This document shows, piece by piece, positions 1-1,971 of a stretch of 1,971 bases of DNA (positions are counted from its first letter, which is position 1; every line of letters begins with the position of its first letter). The DNA comes from Escherichia coli. Its GTDB lineage: Bacteria > Pseudomonadota > Gammaproteobacteria > Enterobacterales > Enterobacteriaceae. Both the position numbers and the translations under genes were made by a program. The notes beneath the pieces are model-generated. The model did no database searches. It was not told where the DNA came from and worked only from the letters and a program-made list of their open reading frames with translations. The stretch lies in assembly GCF_003334385.1 (NCBI RefSeq), contig NZ_QOWN01000105.1, one strand, 5' to 3'.

Positions 1-1971
1 GCTGATACTGATGCCTGCGGTGGCTTTCTTCATCACCACAACCAGCAAATCGCTGATACTTGCTGTGGGATACCAGTCATTTACCAGCCATGCTGACACC
101 GAAAACTCCAGCGTCATGTGGCCGTGACCAGCTGGCATATCAATAACACCACTGTAAATCAGTGTATTATCCAGCGCGGTACGGTTATAAATTTCAGCAC
201 CATTTTTCTTCACTATCAGGCGGCATGACGAATAAATATCGTTATTCTCCCGCTCATGTTTAGCGCCGCAGAATGCCACCGCTGGAATAACAATTTGCCT
301 GTCAAAAGGCTGATCGTCATAAATCCTGACGGTAATGGTCCCTGATGGCCACCGCTCCGGTGCCCGGGAGTCCCGCGGGAAAGCCTTACCCACTGTTTTG
401 ACAATATCGCCTTCAATCTGATTGGCTGACAGTTTCCCCTTAATCTGACAGTTCTCATTAATCGTGACGTTGTTGAGCGTCCCGGAGTTCGCATTCACAC
501 TGCCACTGATATCCGCATTTTTAGCAGTCAGCTTTCCGTCCGGTGTCAGGGAAAATGCCGGTGGATTTCCACCGCTGGTAATGGTGGGGGCCGTCAGGCG
601 TTTCAGGAACACGTCGTTCATGAATATCTGATCGCCCTGACCAACAAACATCGGTTTTGTGTTGCCATTCGCAGGATTAACCATCGCAATCCTGTCCGCC
701 GCCAGCAGCACCTGACTCTGCATGCCGTCAGGGGTGTTCTCAATACCGGCACCAATACCCGCGATATAAAGGCGTCCGTCCTGCATCTGCTGCAGCTTCA
801 CAGCCCACATGCTGTTCAGGTTATTATTTGTATCAACCTGAACCTTCTGTATCTGCTGAATTGCCGCACTCTGGTCTTCCAGTTTCTTATTGACGGTCTG
901 CGTGATTTCATTGCTGACATCCGTAATGGACGTCCTGATTTCAGCCAGGTCAGGCGCAAGCTGACCGTTATCAATCTGCGTCCACAGCTCCTGAGCCAGA
1001 TGGGTTTTCCCTATCTCGCCTTTGAAAAAATCCAGATAGCCGGATGCATCATCACTCGGCTGACCAACAGCCTCCACGAATGCCGATTTGCCAACGGTGT
1101 TCACACTGCGAACGTAAAAATAATAATCATGGCCCGGTTTGATATTGATACTGGCGGCTATCCAGTACAGCGCCGTGCCAAGATAGCGGGCTGTGGTTTC
1201 AACCTGCCTGATATCGGTAATCCGCTTTTCCGAGAACCAGAACTCAAACTGTACCGTCGGGTCATAAACGGCAAGATGCGGCGTGGCGGTTATCTGAAAA
1301 TAGCCCGGCGTCAGCTCAATCCGCGACGGCACTGCAGGTGCGGCAATCCGGAACGATACCGACGCCGGATCGCCCTGCTGCCCCCACGCATTTACCGCCC
1401 GGACTGTCAGCCTGTAGTTCCCCAGCGCCAGCTGCCTGAAGCGGTATGTGGTTTCTGTCGTCCGGGCCGTGCTGACCAGCCGCTCACTGCCGTCATCCGC
1501 TGCCACGGTCAGGCGAAGCATAAAGCTCACACCCTTCACCACCTTCGGCGTATCCCAGCGCGCCAGCACCTGATATTCCCCGCTGTCTGCGGTGACTTCG
1601 GCGGTCAGGTGCTGCACCGCTGGCGGCGTGACACCATTCACCGTGCTGCTCTGGTCGCCGTCAAAGTGCGCCCCGTTATCCACGATGGCTTCTTTTTCCA
1701 GTACATGCTGCACGGCAGTGATGGCATACGTGCCGTCATCGTTCTCACGGATACTCACACAGCGGAACAGGCGCTGACGCAACGTCGGCAGCTTCAGCCC
1801 CCACACACTGTATTCTGCAACGCCATCAGGAACCCGGTTCACTTTCACCTTAAGTCCGTCGGTGACGGACTGAACCTCCACGCTGACCGGATTACCACTT
1901 CCGTCAACCAGGCTTATCAGCGTGGTACCGGAGGATGGCAGCGTGATTTCACGGTCGAGCGTCAGCGTCCG
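1..1971 (-). CDS. J: Phage tail tip / host specificity protein J (central tail fibre), internal to C-terminal portion; partial at both window edges
   Basis: Manual translation of the reverse complement in the frame starting at position 1971 gives 657 codons with no stop. The protein reads [78 protein letters not shown]...[27 protein letters not shown]...[155 protein letters not shown]...[35 protein letters not shown] recognise this from memory as the lambda gpJ family; the fibronectin-III-like repeats, helical stalk and C-terminal receptor-binding region fit that family. No start codon is present, so the N-terminal part must lie beyond position 1971, and the stop codon must lie before position 1. 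Confidence 0.9.

Noticed and set aside
1-59. 9-bp direct repeat gctgatact at 1..9 and 51..59
   Set aside because: Too short to be meaningful; it reflects repeated Ser-Ile-Ser codons in the J C-terminus (ASISDLL and GISIS), not a mobile-element end or attachment site.
1-450. Possible diversity-generating retroelement target (variable region) in the receptor-binding domain
   Set aside because: No template-repeat copy, adenine-biased mismatch pattern or reverse-transcriptase gene is visible in the window. Lambda-type J proteins are not known DGR targets; host-range variation here is expected to come from ordinary mutation and recombination.
216-494. 92-aa ORF on the minus strand from the supplied six-frame track
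   Set aside because: It lies wholly inside the J coding region, on the same strand but in a different reading frame. It has no independent support, and its arginine-rich, low-complexity translation is typical of an out-of-frame read of a coding sequence. Most likely spurious.
1592-1777. 61-aa ORF on the plus strand (GTG start) from the supplied six-frame track
   Set aside because: It is antisense to the continuous J reading frame, has no recognisable Shine-Dalgarno sequence upstream, and its Cys/Thr/Ala-rich translation looks like a chance ORF in GC-rich antisense sequence.
1-1971. CRISPR arrays, tRNA/rRNA genes, IS element termini, intergenic promoters or terminators
   Set aside because: The entire window is occupied by a single uninterrupted coding frame. 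There is no repeat-spacer periodicity, no cloverleaf-like structured RNA candidate, no terminal inverted repeats and no intergenic space.

Overview
The whole 1971-bp window lies inside a single gene on the minus strand: the C-terminal ~657 codons of a lambdoid phage tail tip / host-specificity protein (lambda gpJ family, central tail fibre). The reverse-complement reading frame that starts at position 1971 is open for all 657 codons, with no start or stop codon in the window, so the CDS is truncated at both edges. The two ORFs in the supplied track are in other frames inside this gene (one out-of-frame on the same strand, one antisense) and are most likely spurious. I see no RNA genes, CRISPR arrays, mobile-element ends or intergenic regulatory regions. 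The window is ordinary phage or prophage structural-gene sequence, and I find no evidence of a novel system; the most interesting part is the C-terminal receptor-binding (host-range) region at the left end.
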